A DNA stretch of 64,000 nucleotides from Chiloscyllium plagiosum. Lineage: Eukaryota. Location of the stretch: positions 36,872,607 through 36,936,606 of the forward strand of contig NC_057732.1 in NCBI RefSeq assembly GCF_004010195.1, written 5' to 3'. How positions within the stretch are numbered: the stretch's first letter is position 1; each line of letters begins with the position of its first letter. Both the position numbers and the translations under genes were made by a program. The notes under the pieces were generated by a model that worked only from the letters and a program-made list of their open reading frames with translations, did no database searches and was not told where the DNA came from. Positions 1-12,105 of this stretch are shown here, piece by piece.

Positions 1-426
1 CACTGAAAGACCGAATTATTTTATAAAATATGGCAGCCCTTCTTGAATTACATAATACAGATATTTTGGCTATCCTAACAAGGGCTTTTATTTAATTGAG
101 ATTACAAAACTGGCTGGTCCGGGGCCCCGCTGGGGAGGAATGCCGCACGAATACGGGTTTTATTACATCTGATGTTAACACATTCCGAGCATGTAAGAGA
201 CTTAAATATACACTCTGGTTAGTTGTAGGTTAGATTAGTAGATAGTTGAGTTTTGTTTGGTTTTTTTTTCTTCTTTTTCGGTTTTCTTTTTGTTTTTTTG
301 TTAAATTTTGGCTATTGTATATTTGAGCTAATTGTATATTTATGTTTATATCTGAGAGTTTTGTTTATTTTTGTAAACTTGTAAAAATGTTAAATTTCTA
401 ATAAAAATATCTATATAAAAAAAAAC
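1..426 (+). mobile_element. 3' end of an L1/Tx1-clade LINE (ORF2 C-terminus, T-rich 3' UTR, polyA signal and A-tail)
   Basis: Degenerate frame ...FYKIWQPFLNYI resembles the C-terminal motif of fish/shark L1 ORF2; it is followed by a T/G-rich UTR, AATAAA at ~400 and an A run at ~417-425. Confidence 0.6.
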
Positions 427-2668
427 ATCGAGGCACGGCTGTTTGTTGCAGTAGCACATGTATGAGATTAACAAAACAATGTGCTGTACTGAAAGATGGC
501 CTCTCCATTGACTGAAGACTGCTGACCAGCAAAACAAGCATATGCTTTTGTGTATCCATTAAAAAGCAATTCAAGGCAGTAGTATTGTGAACCTTTAACC
601 TCTGCCAAGGTCTATGGGCTAAAAGGCAAGGAAAACAAGGCAAAGCAGTGATGCTGAGTATGCAGCGAGGCTATAAATGAGCAAGTGCTAAGTGAGTAGC
701 CCTAGGGTGCAACTTGGTCCATTCCATGGGCTAGGTGCCTGTCCCTGAGTACAAAGTGTCCTTGAAGCAGCACTTCAATGATAGTGCTCCAGATTTCAGC
801 ACTGAAGTGCAACAGTGTACTGTAGGTGGGTTGGAGGTATTCTAATGCTGCACAGAGAAGCTGGTGCATATCAAATCTGTGGATGTCAAATGCATGTAGC
901 CTTGGATCATACCCTGAAACATTGGTGCTGGCTGTCAAAGGTGACAGTCCAGTGGAGCAAATACCAAACAGGGGTCACATGTTACCTGCTCTGAGTTTCA
1001 TATCTGGATTTCTTGGCATCTTGTTTCTATCCATTCCATGGTACAATAGGAAATGGCATATCATTGAGTAAGCTTTGCAGTCAATGAGATGCTAACAAAG
1101 AATAATCCCTATCTCACCACTCCCAGAATTATGACTTCACATTCAGAACTTCGTCGGAAATTGCAACTAGTATCTCCTGACATCAAGAAAAGCCTTTCTG
1201 AACTTGTCACGCGATTGTCTCAAATTTTTCACCATCGCCCAAGTTGTTCTGGGCCTGACAAGTTTCTGCTCAAGCTGTCATTGACTGTATGCACAGTGTT
1301 TTGCAAACGCCACACGTCAGCATGAAATTGGAGTCGCGCCTTCATCAGAAGCAATCACAAATTGTAATCCCTCCATCTGTTTTCAGGGGCTATCAAATGT
1401 TGCCCCCACTCTGTTTCAATTACTTGAGATTATCCACGGCAGAAGGGTAGCAGCTTTGCTATTTTTATATTATTACAAAAGAGAAGTTTTATTGATTAAA
1501 CAAAATGATTGTAAAACAAGCTATTGTCATGTTATAAACAATCCATACCAGGCCATATCTTACTGAATGGTAATTTAGACTGTCACTGGAGAAACAGGAG
1601 AACTGTGTCTGACACATAAACGTCAATCCAGACAGTGAATGGGTGCAGCTTTGCTTATTCATGTCATGTGAGCAATCTATGATATAGGTACTTGCACAGT
1701 GCTGCTCAGACAAGAGTTTCAGGTATTTGACCCAGCGACAGTGAATAAAGATCCAAATTAGTTCCTCTTTAAGAGGAATTTACAGGTGGTGGTGGTTCTT
1801 ATGAAGTTCATGGTTTAAGAAGATGCAGTTGAATGAGGCATCACAAGTTACTTTAGTGCATCTTGCAGACTGCATAGTTTGGGAAGATATTCTTCTTACC
1901 CAGGGCTCAGGTTCTGCTGTTGTAGAATTAGATATTGGGAAAAAAAGATGTGACCTTCAGCCAACTTATGGAACTGACCAATTACACTGAACTGAAGAAA
2001 ACTTACTTAAGAGTTGAATCGTGAGCAACAGATAAGAGGGAAGGATTACTCACTGAACAACTGAAGAGAAACATTGTTTATTCAGGATAATGATTAATTG
2101 AACTGGCTTCAACTTTGAATGTGAAGCAATGACAGACTTACTTAATAAAATGCAACTCAGGCAAAATTCATGCAGCTAAGCTATGTCATTAAAGCATGCA
2201 GCAAATACACAGATATAATTACATTGTAATGTTCCTCCCTTTTTTTCTCACTATCCTTACCCTGCACCCCAAATTTCCTTCATGGTCTTACCATCTTTAG
2301 TCCCATTGCATTGTGCAGGTGATAGTAATCTAATGCATTCTACATCTCTCATGAGATGTACACCACTGAAATTGAGAATCTTCCTGGTTGTTAACCTAGA
2401 ATTCAGAACCAGTTAGAGCAATGAAATCATAATGAACAAAAATCCTTCTTTCTCTGAGCCTATCTTCAGCAACAATCAGAGGGGTACAGAGAAACAGTCC
2501 GACCCATATCCCAGGATGTTAACTGCCTCAGTTCAATAGTCATCTAACTCTAGCTACTTTCTACCCACTTTCTCTCACCTTCTGCCAAACACTTACTGAC
2601 AAATACCACCTTATATTTGACAGTAATTGGTGAAACTTATGGGGTTTAAAACAGAATTTTTTTAATTT

Positions 2669-2824
2669 TCATTTGCTCTTGCCTCCATGCAAGGATATCT
2701 TCACCACTGTTGTTGTTTTCACCACCCCCTTGTTGAAGAGGTAATGTGAGCGTTTTTCTCTGACGATCGTTTTCAGTTTCTGCGACAATGCAGTGAAATG
2801 CGATGACACATCCTCTGCACAGCT
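2669..2824 (-). CDS. PTPDC1: PTPDC1-like terminal coding exon (SCAEDVSSHFTALSQKLKTIVREKRSHY...GGKSK*)
   Basis: Acceptor ttattatttcag, phase 0, TGA at 2669-2671; LKTIVREKR resembles the PTPDC1 C-terminal FKHTLEEKR. Confidence 0.7.
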   Translation of the reverse strand, partial: SCAEDVSSHFTALSQKLKTIVREKRSHYLFNKGVVKTTTVVKISLHGGKSK

Positions 2825-3213
2825 CTGAAATAATAAGGTAAATCAATATCATCCACCACGGAGCTTTCAGATAAAAAGACAATAAAGACTTAGATTGAAG
2901 ATCAAAAGGTGAAGGATCAAGGATATTTTAAAAATTGTTCATGGGATGTGGGCTTCATTGGCTAATTGCCCAGATGGCAATTAACAGTTGACCACAGTGC
3001 TGTGGCTCTGAGTCACATGTAGGCCCGACCAGGTAAAGATAGCAGATTTCCTTCCTTGAAGGTTATTAGCCAACCAGATGTGTGTTTATGACAATCAACT
3101 GTGGACTAATTGTCAATATTAGACCAAATTTTTATTTCAAAATTTTACTGATTTCAAATTTCACCATCTGTCCTAATAAGATTCAAAACCTACATCACCA
3201 GAACTTTACACTA

Positions 3214-3900
3214 GGTGTAGTGGACAGCGAAGAGAGTTACTTCAGATTACAACAAGATCTGGACTAGATGGGCCAATGGGCTGAGAAGTGGCAGATGGAG
3301 TTTAATTCAGATTAATGCGAGGTGCTGCATTTTGGGAAAGCAAATCTTAGCAGGACTTATACACTTAATGGTAAGGTCCTAGGGAGTGTTGCTGAACAAA
3401 GAGACCTTGGAATGCAGGTTCATAGCTCCTTGAAAGTGGAGTCACAGGTAGATAGGATAGTGAAGAAGGCGTTTGATATGCTTTCCTTTATTGGTCAGAG
3501 TATTGAGTACAGGAGTTGGGAGGTCATNNNNNNNNNNNNNNNNNNNNNNNNNNNNNNCATGGATAGGATAAATAGACAAAGTATTTTCCCTGGGGTCGGG
3601 GAGTCCAGAACTAGCAGGCATAGGTTTAGGGTGAGAGGGGAAAGATATAAAAGAGACCTAAGGGGCATCTTTTTCACACAGAGGGTGGTACATGTATGGA
3701 ATGAGCTGCCAGAGGATGTGGTGGAGGCTGGTACAATTGCAACATTTAAGAGGCATTTGGATGGGTATATGAATAGGAAGGTTTGGAGGGATATGAGCCG
3801 GGTGATGGCAGGTGGGACTAGATTGGGTTGGGATATCTGGTCAGCATGGACGGATTGGACCGAAGGGTCTATTTCCATGCTGTACATCTCTATGACTCTA
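3214..3900 (+). mobile_element. 5'-truncated CR1/HER1 LINE (RT C-terminus and 3' UTR), containing assembly gap 3528-3557
   Basis: CR1 ORF2 motifs (ERDLG-like EQRDLG; FFTQRVV..WNELP) and CTCTATGACTCTA tail; near-identical to copies at 16168, 21840, 15419 and 36128. Confidence 0.9.
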
Positions 3901-4199
3901 GGTTACCAGGCCAATATTGGTACTGTTATGTCACAAGTTCCAGGATCATAGGAGTTGTAAACAACAGGTAAAAAATAAAGGGGCATTGGAAAAAAACAGA
4001 TGATAGATCGTGTTGAAGAAAGGTAATTGAAGAGTTAAGGGCCACAGTGAAGATAAAGGCTTATCAATACTATCATAATAGCATACTATCAATAAGCTTT
4101 CATCCCATTAGCAATCAAAACTCTATCAACCTATGCTTTAGAAGGGAATTCCAAAGACTCTCAACACTCTGAGAAGAAAAGATTTTCTCTCAACTGTCT

Positions 4200-4606
4200 G
4201 AGAAGCCAAGATTGGGATACTGACAGACTCTAACCTCACACCTTTAATAATGCATTGTCTGAGCTCAGATGTCACCTTTTTGTCATAAAACCTTAAGTTA
4301 CCTCAAGAAGGTGACTTGGAAGTTCTGAGATTTATCTATTAATGAATCAAAACCTGCAGCCCATTCTAAAAGATGAAAGACTTAACAGCAATCTAGGTTT
4401 GTTCAATATATCATTTGGATTACATGATACAGTAATCTTTTGCTATAAATTCTGTGTCTTATGGACCTGCTCCACAGCTACGTGATGAAGGAGCAGCACT
4501 CCGAAAGCTAGTGCTTCCAAATAAACCTGTTGGACTATAACCTGGTGTTGTGTGATTATTAACTTTGTCCATCCCAGTCCAACACTGGCTCCTCTATATC
4601 ATGGCT
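4200..4606 (+). mobile_element. Penelope-like element 3' end (second family) with a hammerhead-like motif, inserted in an old CR1 remnant
   Basis: TGATGA-A-GGAG-cagca-CTCC-GAAAGCTA-GTG at 4479-4513, followed by AATAAA; the host CR1 tail resumes after ~4606. Confidence 0.6.
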
Positions 4607-4859
4607 AACTAGGCAACTGTTTATTTGTAAATTATGATTCCTAGTTCTAGATTCTCCCACAAGAGGAAACATCCTTTTGATTCCACCTGGTCAAGTCCTC
4701 TCAGGATCGTACATGTTTCAGTTGAATAATTTCTGGCTGTGCAAACTCTAGAGGATACTGGCCTAGCCTGTCCAGCCTTTCCTCATTAGGCAACACAGTA
4801 CTCCAGGTGCGGTCTCACCTATGATCTGTGCAACTGAAACGTAATCTCCCAACTGTTGC

Positions 4860-5580
4860 ATTTGATGGATTTCATCCTAGTGTCTTAAAAGAAGTGCTAG
4901 TGAGATAGTTGCTTTGATTTTAATTTCCAAAACTCAGTAGATTTGGAGAAGGTTCTTTTATGCGGGAAAATAGCTAATGCAACTCTTTTATTCAAAAAGG
5001 TAGGGAGGCGGAAAGCAAGAAACTACAGGCCAGTTCACTTAACATCTATAATGTGGAAATTGTTAGAAGCTATTAATAAAAACATTAGTAAAGGGCACTT
5101 GGATAAGTTTAAAGTAATCAGGCAAAGCCAACAAGGTTTTATCAAAGAGAAATCATGTTTAACTAATTTATTGGAGTTCTTTGAAGAAGTAACTTAGTGT
5201 ATCACAGGGGTCAGTATTGGGGCCTCAACTCTTCACAATTTATATAAATGATTCAGATGAAGATTGAAGGTATGATCACTATATATGCTAACGACACAAA
5301 AATAGAGAAGAAAATGAGTGTGAGTAGGACATAAGGAGGCATGAAAGGGATATAGATAGATTTAGTAAATGAGCTAAGATCTGGCAAGAGGAGAATAATG
5401 TGGGAAAGTGCCAAATTATCCATTTTGGTAGAAAGAATAAAATTGAAGCATATTATCTAAATGGTGAGAATTGCACAGTTCTGAGATGCAGAGAGATTTG
5501 AGTGTCCTAGTGCATGAATCACAGAAGGTTAGTCTGCAGGTACAGCAAGTAATCAGGAAAGCAAATTGAATGTTATGTTT
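4860..5580 (+). mobile_element. Degenerate CR1 LINE ORF2 fragment
   Basis: NYRPVHLTS and KSCLTNLLEFFEEVT motifs, with many stops. Confidence 0.85.
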
Positions 5581-7389
5581 GATTCAATTTTTCTACTTTA
5601 TTTCCCTACAACAAATGTTAAGTTACAGTGTCCTGCTTTCTGTCTCCCTCATAGAAAAATACAGAAACACAGAAGATAGGACCAGGAGTAGGCCATTCAA
5701 CCCCTCGAGCTTGATCTGCCATTCAATATGATCATGGTTGATCATCAAGTTCAGTACCCTATTCTTGCCCTCCCCCCCATATCCCTTGATCCCTTTAGCC
5801 ACAAGGACTATATCTACCTCCTTCTTGAAAACACAATATCTTGACCTCAACCACATTCTGTGGTAACAAATTCCATAGGCCCACCACTCTCTAGTTGAAG
5901 GAAGCGCTCCTCATCTCAGTCCTAAAATACTTCCCCCTTACACTTGGACTATGACTCCTTGGTTCTGGACTCGCCCACCATTGGAAACCCACTTCCTCTG
6001 TCTAACTGATTTAGTTTGTTAGCATTTTACAGGTTTCTATGAGATTCCCCCTCATTCTTCTAAACTCCAATGAATATAATGCTAATTAACTCAATCTCTC
6101 CTCTCCTGCCATCCCAGGAATCAAACTGGTAAAGGTTCGCTGCACTTTCCTCCCTTTTTCAATAAAGGAGCTACATTAGCTATTTTACAATCTAAAGAAA
6201 CTTTCCCAAAACTGAATAAGTTTTAGTAAACTAAAACTAATGTTTGAGCTACTTCACTAGCTAGTTCTTCTGAGTTCCTCAGACCATTAAAATCCAATAG
6301 CATCTGGAGACCTGTCAACGCACAGTCCCAACAATTTGCTCAATATTACTTCCCTTGTCATTGTAATTTTCTTGAGTTCCTCCCTCCCTTTCAATTCCTG
6401 ATTTACATCTATTTCTGGGATGTTATTTGTTTCTTCTCTAGTGAAGACTAACACAAAATATCTGTTCAATTCATTTGCCATCTCTTTATCCACCATTACT
6501 AATTCCCTCTGTCATTTTCTTTAAGATCAACACTTACTTTGTTCAGTCTTTTTAAAAAATATTTGAAGAAACTTTTCCAATCTGTTTTTTATATTTTTAG
6601 ATAACTTACTCTAATTTTTATTCCTTATTAATCTTTTCATTGTCCTTTTTTTTTAATATTCTGTCCAATCTTCTGACCTGCCATCTATCTTTGTGTAATT
6701 ATCTGTCTTTCTTTGAATTTGATACGATCTTTGACGTTTTTAGTTAACTATGTATAGTATGTCTGTCCTTTAGAAATTTTCTTATTTGCTGGAATACATC
6801 TGATCTATGCTTTCTGGAATATCCACTTCAACATTTGCCGCTACAACTCTATTGACCTATTTCCTTAATCTAAATTTTCAGTTTATTTTCACTTGCTCTG
6901 CTTTCAGGCCCTCATAATTGCTCTTGTTTATGTTCAAATTAGTAGTCTTGGACCCACTCCGCTTCCGTAAACACTTTGTTAAATGCAATCATGATATGGT
7001 CACTGCTACCCTGTGGCTCTTTCACTGTGGGGTTAGTAATTCATCCTATCTCAATGATCAAAACTGTGACTAGTATAGCCTACTCTCTGGTAGGCACCAG
7101 TACATGCTGGTCTAAGAAACTAGCCTGAAAACATTTGATGAATTTTTCATTTAGACTACTTTGCTCCAAATTTGATTTTACCAGTCTAAATGTAGGCTTA
7201 AATCCACCATGATATTTGCTGTAACCTTTTGACAAGCTCCCGTTATTTATTCCTTGATACCCTGTCCTATCATATGGTTACTGTTAGGGGGCCTATAGCA
7301 ACTCACACAAGTGATCTCTTGCTTTTATCATTCCTCATCTCTACCCAGACTGCTTTTATATTTTGGTTTCCTGAATATAGGTTATTCCT

Positions 7390-7592
7390 GAAAAAACGCA
7401 GCAGGTCAGGCAGCATCCAAGGAACAGGAGAATCAACGTTTCGGGCATAAGCCCTTCTTAATCATTCCTGAAGAAGGGCTTATGCCCGAAACGTCGATTC
7501 TCCTGTTCCTTGGATGCTGCCTGACCTGCTGCACTTTTCCAGCAACACATTTTCAGCTCTGATCTCCAGCATCTGCAGACCTCACTTTCTCT
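7390..7592. mobile_element. Self-inverted Penelope-derived short element with minimal hammerhead and a 14-bp TSD
   Basis: TSD TATAGGTTATTCCT at 7376-7389 and 7593-7606; inverted arms ~7391-7459 and ~7471-7539. Confidence 0.8.
7466..7497 (+). ncRNA. Minimal hammerhead ribozyme motif (Penelope type)
   Basis: CTGAAGA-A-GGGC(TTAT)GCCC-GAAAC-GTC-GA: complete catalytic core, stem II, palindromic loopless stem III (ACGT) and GUC triplet. Confidence 0.65.
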
Positions 7593-8558
7593 TATAGGTT
7601 ATTCCTCCCTATTGTGATAATACAATCTTTAATTAACAGAGACACTCCTCCACCTTTTCCTGCTGCCTTCCTTCCTAAATGTCATAATATTCAGGTCCCT
7701 TCAATATTCAGGCCCCAATCTACAATAAGTAAGTATTATCTTACCTCAGAAATGGCAATTAGATCATACTTATTTATCTCAATTTGTCCTACAAGTCCTT
7801 TTGTTTTGAGTTCTGTATGCTTTTAAATACAGTGCTTTAAGTTTTGTCCTATTATTACTTTTGTAACTTCCAGTCTTAGCTCCTGATTTGCTTTTAGATC
7901 TGCTTTCTCTGATCCTTTTGGTCATCATCTGTTTACGGCTTTACACATTAATTCCTTCCTCTTTTGCCTTTTCTCTCCTCATCCATATAAACTTATGTTC
8001 CTTTTTCAAGTTTGTTTTCTTGCATGTCGGTCCTGATGAGTACAACATGAAAATCTTTGACATTCTGTCTCTTTTTATCAATGAATAAGTTCTGTATTAG
8101 CAGGCAGCTATTTAGAAAAATGTATTTTAAGGAAGGTCAAGACCAAGCCATCATAGTGCAAGCATCAGACAAATTAACGATTTGTCCTTCATTGTAGCCA
8201 GATGAATGAGGTTCCCTATTTATAAGGAATAACTTGCCTAATAGCCCCTTTCATTACCATCATTATTGTGGTATGGCAAAGAATGGCTAATTTGTCCACT
8301 AAAAGGACACACAAACAGGAAGGAGATAAAGTACCAGAATACCTATTTTAATCATGTTGGTTTCAGGGTAACTGTGAGCCAGGACTAGTGGGAATTCTCC
8401 TACTCTTTGAAATAGTGCCCTGGAGGCTTTACAGTCCAGCTGAGTGGCCAGGCAGGATTGCATCCAAAAGATGATAATACTGATAATGCAACATTCCTTT
8501 AGCTTGGCACTAAGGTGTGAGTCTAGTTTATGTGCTCAAGCTTATTGAATGACCCTAC

Positions 8559-8669
8559 CTGAGTCAGTGCTAGGATCAGTCGGTGAATTATGGAATCTTC
8601 CAATGTGGAGGACAGGCCGGTGAGTTTACTGATACAATCCAAGATGCAATTGATTGTTCCTTCCTGACA
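8559..8669 (-). CDS. PTPDC1: PTPDC1-like exon (CQEGTINCILDCISKLTGLSSTLEDSIIHRLILALTQ)
   Basis: Boundaries tcttccag / CAG|gtaggg, 111 nt, phase 0-0; aligns to PTPDC1 GQHQTILCVLHCI...AIKAFTK. Confidence 0.85.
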
Positions 8670-11600
8670 CTGGAAGATGAAGGAACAAAGAAAGAATGTT
8701 GAGGATCATCTTATAAATCAGGATTGGATTAGGTGCCCATTTTTACAGTGCAAGCAAAAAAACAGACAAGATCATAAAGAACCCTAACCACATGGAGAAT
8801 TCCTGCTGTTCTTCAACTGCATTCAAGAATTCCTACATGGCTTTAAATGCAACCTCTGTATCTCTCATATCTAGAAAGGCACAACAAACAGATTGTTGTG
8901 TTAAGGGTAAGGTCTGTCAATAATGGGGATCTCCAAGCCTCCATCTTTTGGCATGGCCAGTCAGTGCTACTCATGGGACCTATCCTCCAGGCTCAATGGT
9001 CAAGTGGCAATTTTCAAGATATGACGGGCGGAGGATGAATTCGCCCCCAGAAGATCTGGAAAAAATTCAGTCTTGGGGGTAACTAATAGGAGAAAATTTG
9101 CCCCTTAACAATGGACCGTCTGAATCTCTGAGGTGTTCTTCCAATCACAGGCTTTTTAGCTCCTGTACTTAATGCTGATAGGTTCAATAGTAAAACTATG
9201 TTTGTAGCTTTGCAAGAGAAATGGCATGTATGTGGAATAGTAGTGACACAGTATATGGTGACAAAGAGATACCAGGGGCCACATGAGTGCCAGGAGTGGA
9301 CAAGCGTGGATTGCTGAGCTGATGGGATCAGGAGTTGCTATTCCACTGTTGTGATGGGAGGGGCATGGTGGGCTGGGGATTTGGAAGATGCAAAGCTGAA
9401 GAGAGAAACAAAGGAACAAAAAGAAAGAGAGAGACAGACAAATAGTGGGATGCTGTAAGACAGTGAGATAGAAAGAGAGCATGGGAGACTGCAAGGAGGA
9501 GGGAGAGTTGCTGCAAGGGTCAGAGAAAGAGAGGGAGGTTACAAGGGTGGAGAGAAGGAAGTTGCAAAGGAGAAAGTTTCAAACCTGATGCCAAAGCAAT
9601 ACTCAGTTAATCAGGAGTCAGGTAAACTTTAATCACAAAGATGTTGAATGTATAATCTCTAGCTTAAGGCTTCATATGCTCAGGAGCTAAGATATAGGAG
9701 AATGATGTAATGGATGCTGTTGTAACATACAGAATGTCAGTTGTTAAAATTCAAACTGAAATCGAAATTTAAGATGCAGTAAAAAGGATGGCAACTACAT
9801 AGTTAAAATCTTCCAGTTTTCTTCACATACACCAGAAATGTATTAACTATGACCTTATCAGACTGTGGAAAGTGTGTTTGGATGTGTTTGGGGTGATGGC
9901 CTTTTGTCCGTGAAAGTTTGTGTTAGCAATTTTGAAAAAAATTTGTTCCCAGCTTATGACTGTTTTTGTGCCAATTTAAATATGGCGGAGTCTAAGAAAT
10001 TAATGCTTTATTTGCATGGCATGGCTTTAAGTTTAACAGAGGGCTCATAATTATCAAGGATATTGATGGGAATTTTTCTAATTCTGCTTTTGAGAATCCA
10101 AATATACCATACATCAACACAAATATGTAAGGTATTATTACATTGAGACTGCGTCACCTCATGGAGGAGTGAAAATGAAAAACAGTTTCTGAGCACAAAG
10201 ATATAGCCCTGAAAGTCAAGAAGTAACTCCCTAGAGTATCTCAAGGAAGGCCCTTTGAAAAGCAAAGGCACATTATCATACACATGGTTACAGATATAGT
10301 AACCCATGAACATGCATGACAAACACACACTACCACCCAAGCACCAGGCAATTATTATCTCCAACAAGAAACAATCTAATCAACACTGCTTGGCATTCAA
10401 TGGCATTACCATCACTGAATCCCCTACAATCAGCATTATAGGGGGGCCAGAAACTGAACTGAACTGGCCATATAAATACTATGGCTACAAGAGCAGGTCA
10501 GAGGCTAGGAATCCTGCAGCAAGTAACTTAACTTTGGTCTCCTCAAAGCCTTTGCAGCAACCCTACCACCTGCAAATTCCCCTCCAAGACATTCAACATC
10601 CTGGTTTGGAAATATATTGCTGTTCCTTCAGTGTCACTTGAGTCAAAATCCTGGATCTCCCTCCCTAACAGTGCTGTGTGTGTCCCTGCTCTCCAACGAC
10701 AGGAAAGTTTCCAACGACAAAAGATCGGGAACCAAGGATAGAGGTAAGTCTGGGAGAATCTAGTAGGGCAAGAGAGGAGGGCACCTTGCGGGTCCGGTTG
10801 CTACGGCCAGGGGAGGAGATGATACACACTGGGGAAGAGGGAGATCTTGCATTTACTTCCAGTTGGGAAAAAGGGCCTGTGATGGAGTCATTTCCCACCC
10901 TTTACAGCCTGAAGTCCATAACCTTTCAAGCATCAACACAATCCCCTGCACCCCTACCTAATCCTCATATCAATCCGCCTTCCATTGTCTTAAAAACTGT
11001 GACCAAGTAAGCTGCAGCCCCTAAGTCATCAATTAAGAGCCTTAACTGGGGCATGCTAAGATATAACATGGACAAGCAGTATGTAACAAGAATAACTCCG
11101 GCAGAATCTTGTATCTCTCTGCTGGGGGACTATAATATTCTGCCCAATGTAAGTATATACACACATATAATTTGAAATTGTGTTTTTGGTCATTTTCATC
11201 TATGTACCTTTGTATACATATATATATTTTTTATTGCTTACAACAAAGGGAATCTGTCACTGTTAGAAATGCAGGTTGCTTGATGGGGTCAAACAGAACA
11301 TTTTTTTTCCGTAATCAAATCACTCATGTTACTTTTTTTTCTTTTATCTTCCACAATTAAATCAGTGTGTTTCCACATAAATTACCAATTGACATACCAA
11401 GCCCTTGAGGGCAATGATACCAAAATGTGAAGGAAAGATAGGGGGAGAGGGGAAGGGAACTAAACCGAACTGGAGTAGCGTGCTGCCCACCTCTCTCTAA
11501 AGGCATCTTGCTCAAACAGAACAGCTCCAAGCTGATTGACAGAAGATGCCCTTTGGACTTTGTATTCTCCCCTGACAGACTGTGTTTTTAAAACCGCTCT

Positions 11601-11699
11601 TTTAAATAGTAACATGGTTGATTTAGTAGTGTTAAAAAAACACATTCATAGCATCTCTGGGCAGAAAGAAAGGGACATAAAACAGGTTCTGCTTTTCTG

Positions 11700-12105
11700 A
11701 CATTTTCCTGACAAGATGATTCCCACTAAAAAAGATGGAGAGAAGTTCTGCCATCAACATTGTGCTCATGAAGGAATATATAATAAACTTCCCCAAGCGT
11801 TCTCTTGGCATGTGTTTTAAGGAAATCTTTAAATTTGCAGTGAAGAAAATGGGTAGTCCTGATGTCTGCATTGATGCTCATTTGAACAAAGCTGTTTGGG
11901 CTAAAGGTGATAGGAATGTCTCATGTTGTATTCATTTCTGTTTATCCAGAAAGCACAATGATGATGGGAATCCTTCTAAAAAACTTGACATGTTGGTAAC
12001 CCATATTCCTGTCACATCTTACAAAGGTTTGCAAACAGTCAATGTTGATCAAAACTATACTGTGAATGATTTTTAAAAATAAACCGCAAAAAAGTGAAAA
12101 ATAAA
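11700..12105 (+). pseudogene. RPL31: Processed pseudogene of ribosomal protein L31, antisense within a PTPDC1-like intron
   Basis: Intronless: ATG at 11716 ([10 protein letters not shown]), then a frameshift, [30 protein letters not shown] and LQTVNVDQN; internal deletion, lost stop, AATAAA 12078-12083 and an A-rich tail. Confidence 0.92.

Larger units (their letters stand above)
5650..8030 (-). mobile_element. Degenerate CR1 LINE(s), minus strand, interrupted by a Penelope-derived insert at 7390-7592
   Basis: Reverse CR1 3' tail at ~5650-6150; ORF2-like MANELNRYFVLVFT at 6287-6496. Confidence 0.7.

Noticed and set aside
11735-12076. 113-aa ORF as a functional RPL31
   Set aside because: Frameshifted start, internal deletion, many radical substitutions and a lost stop: pseudogene.
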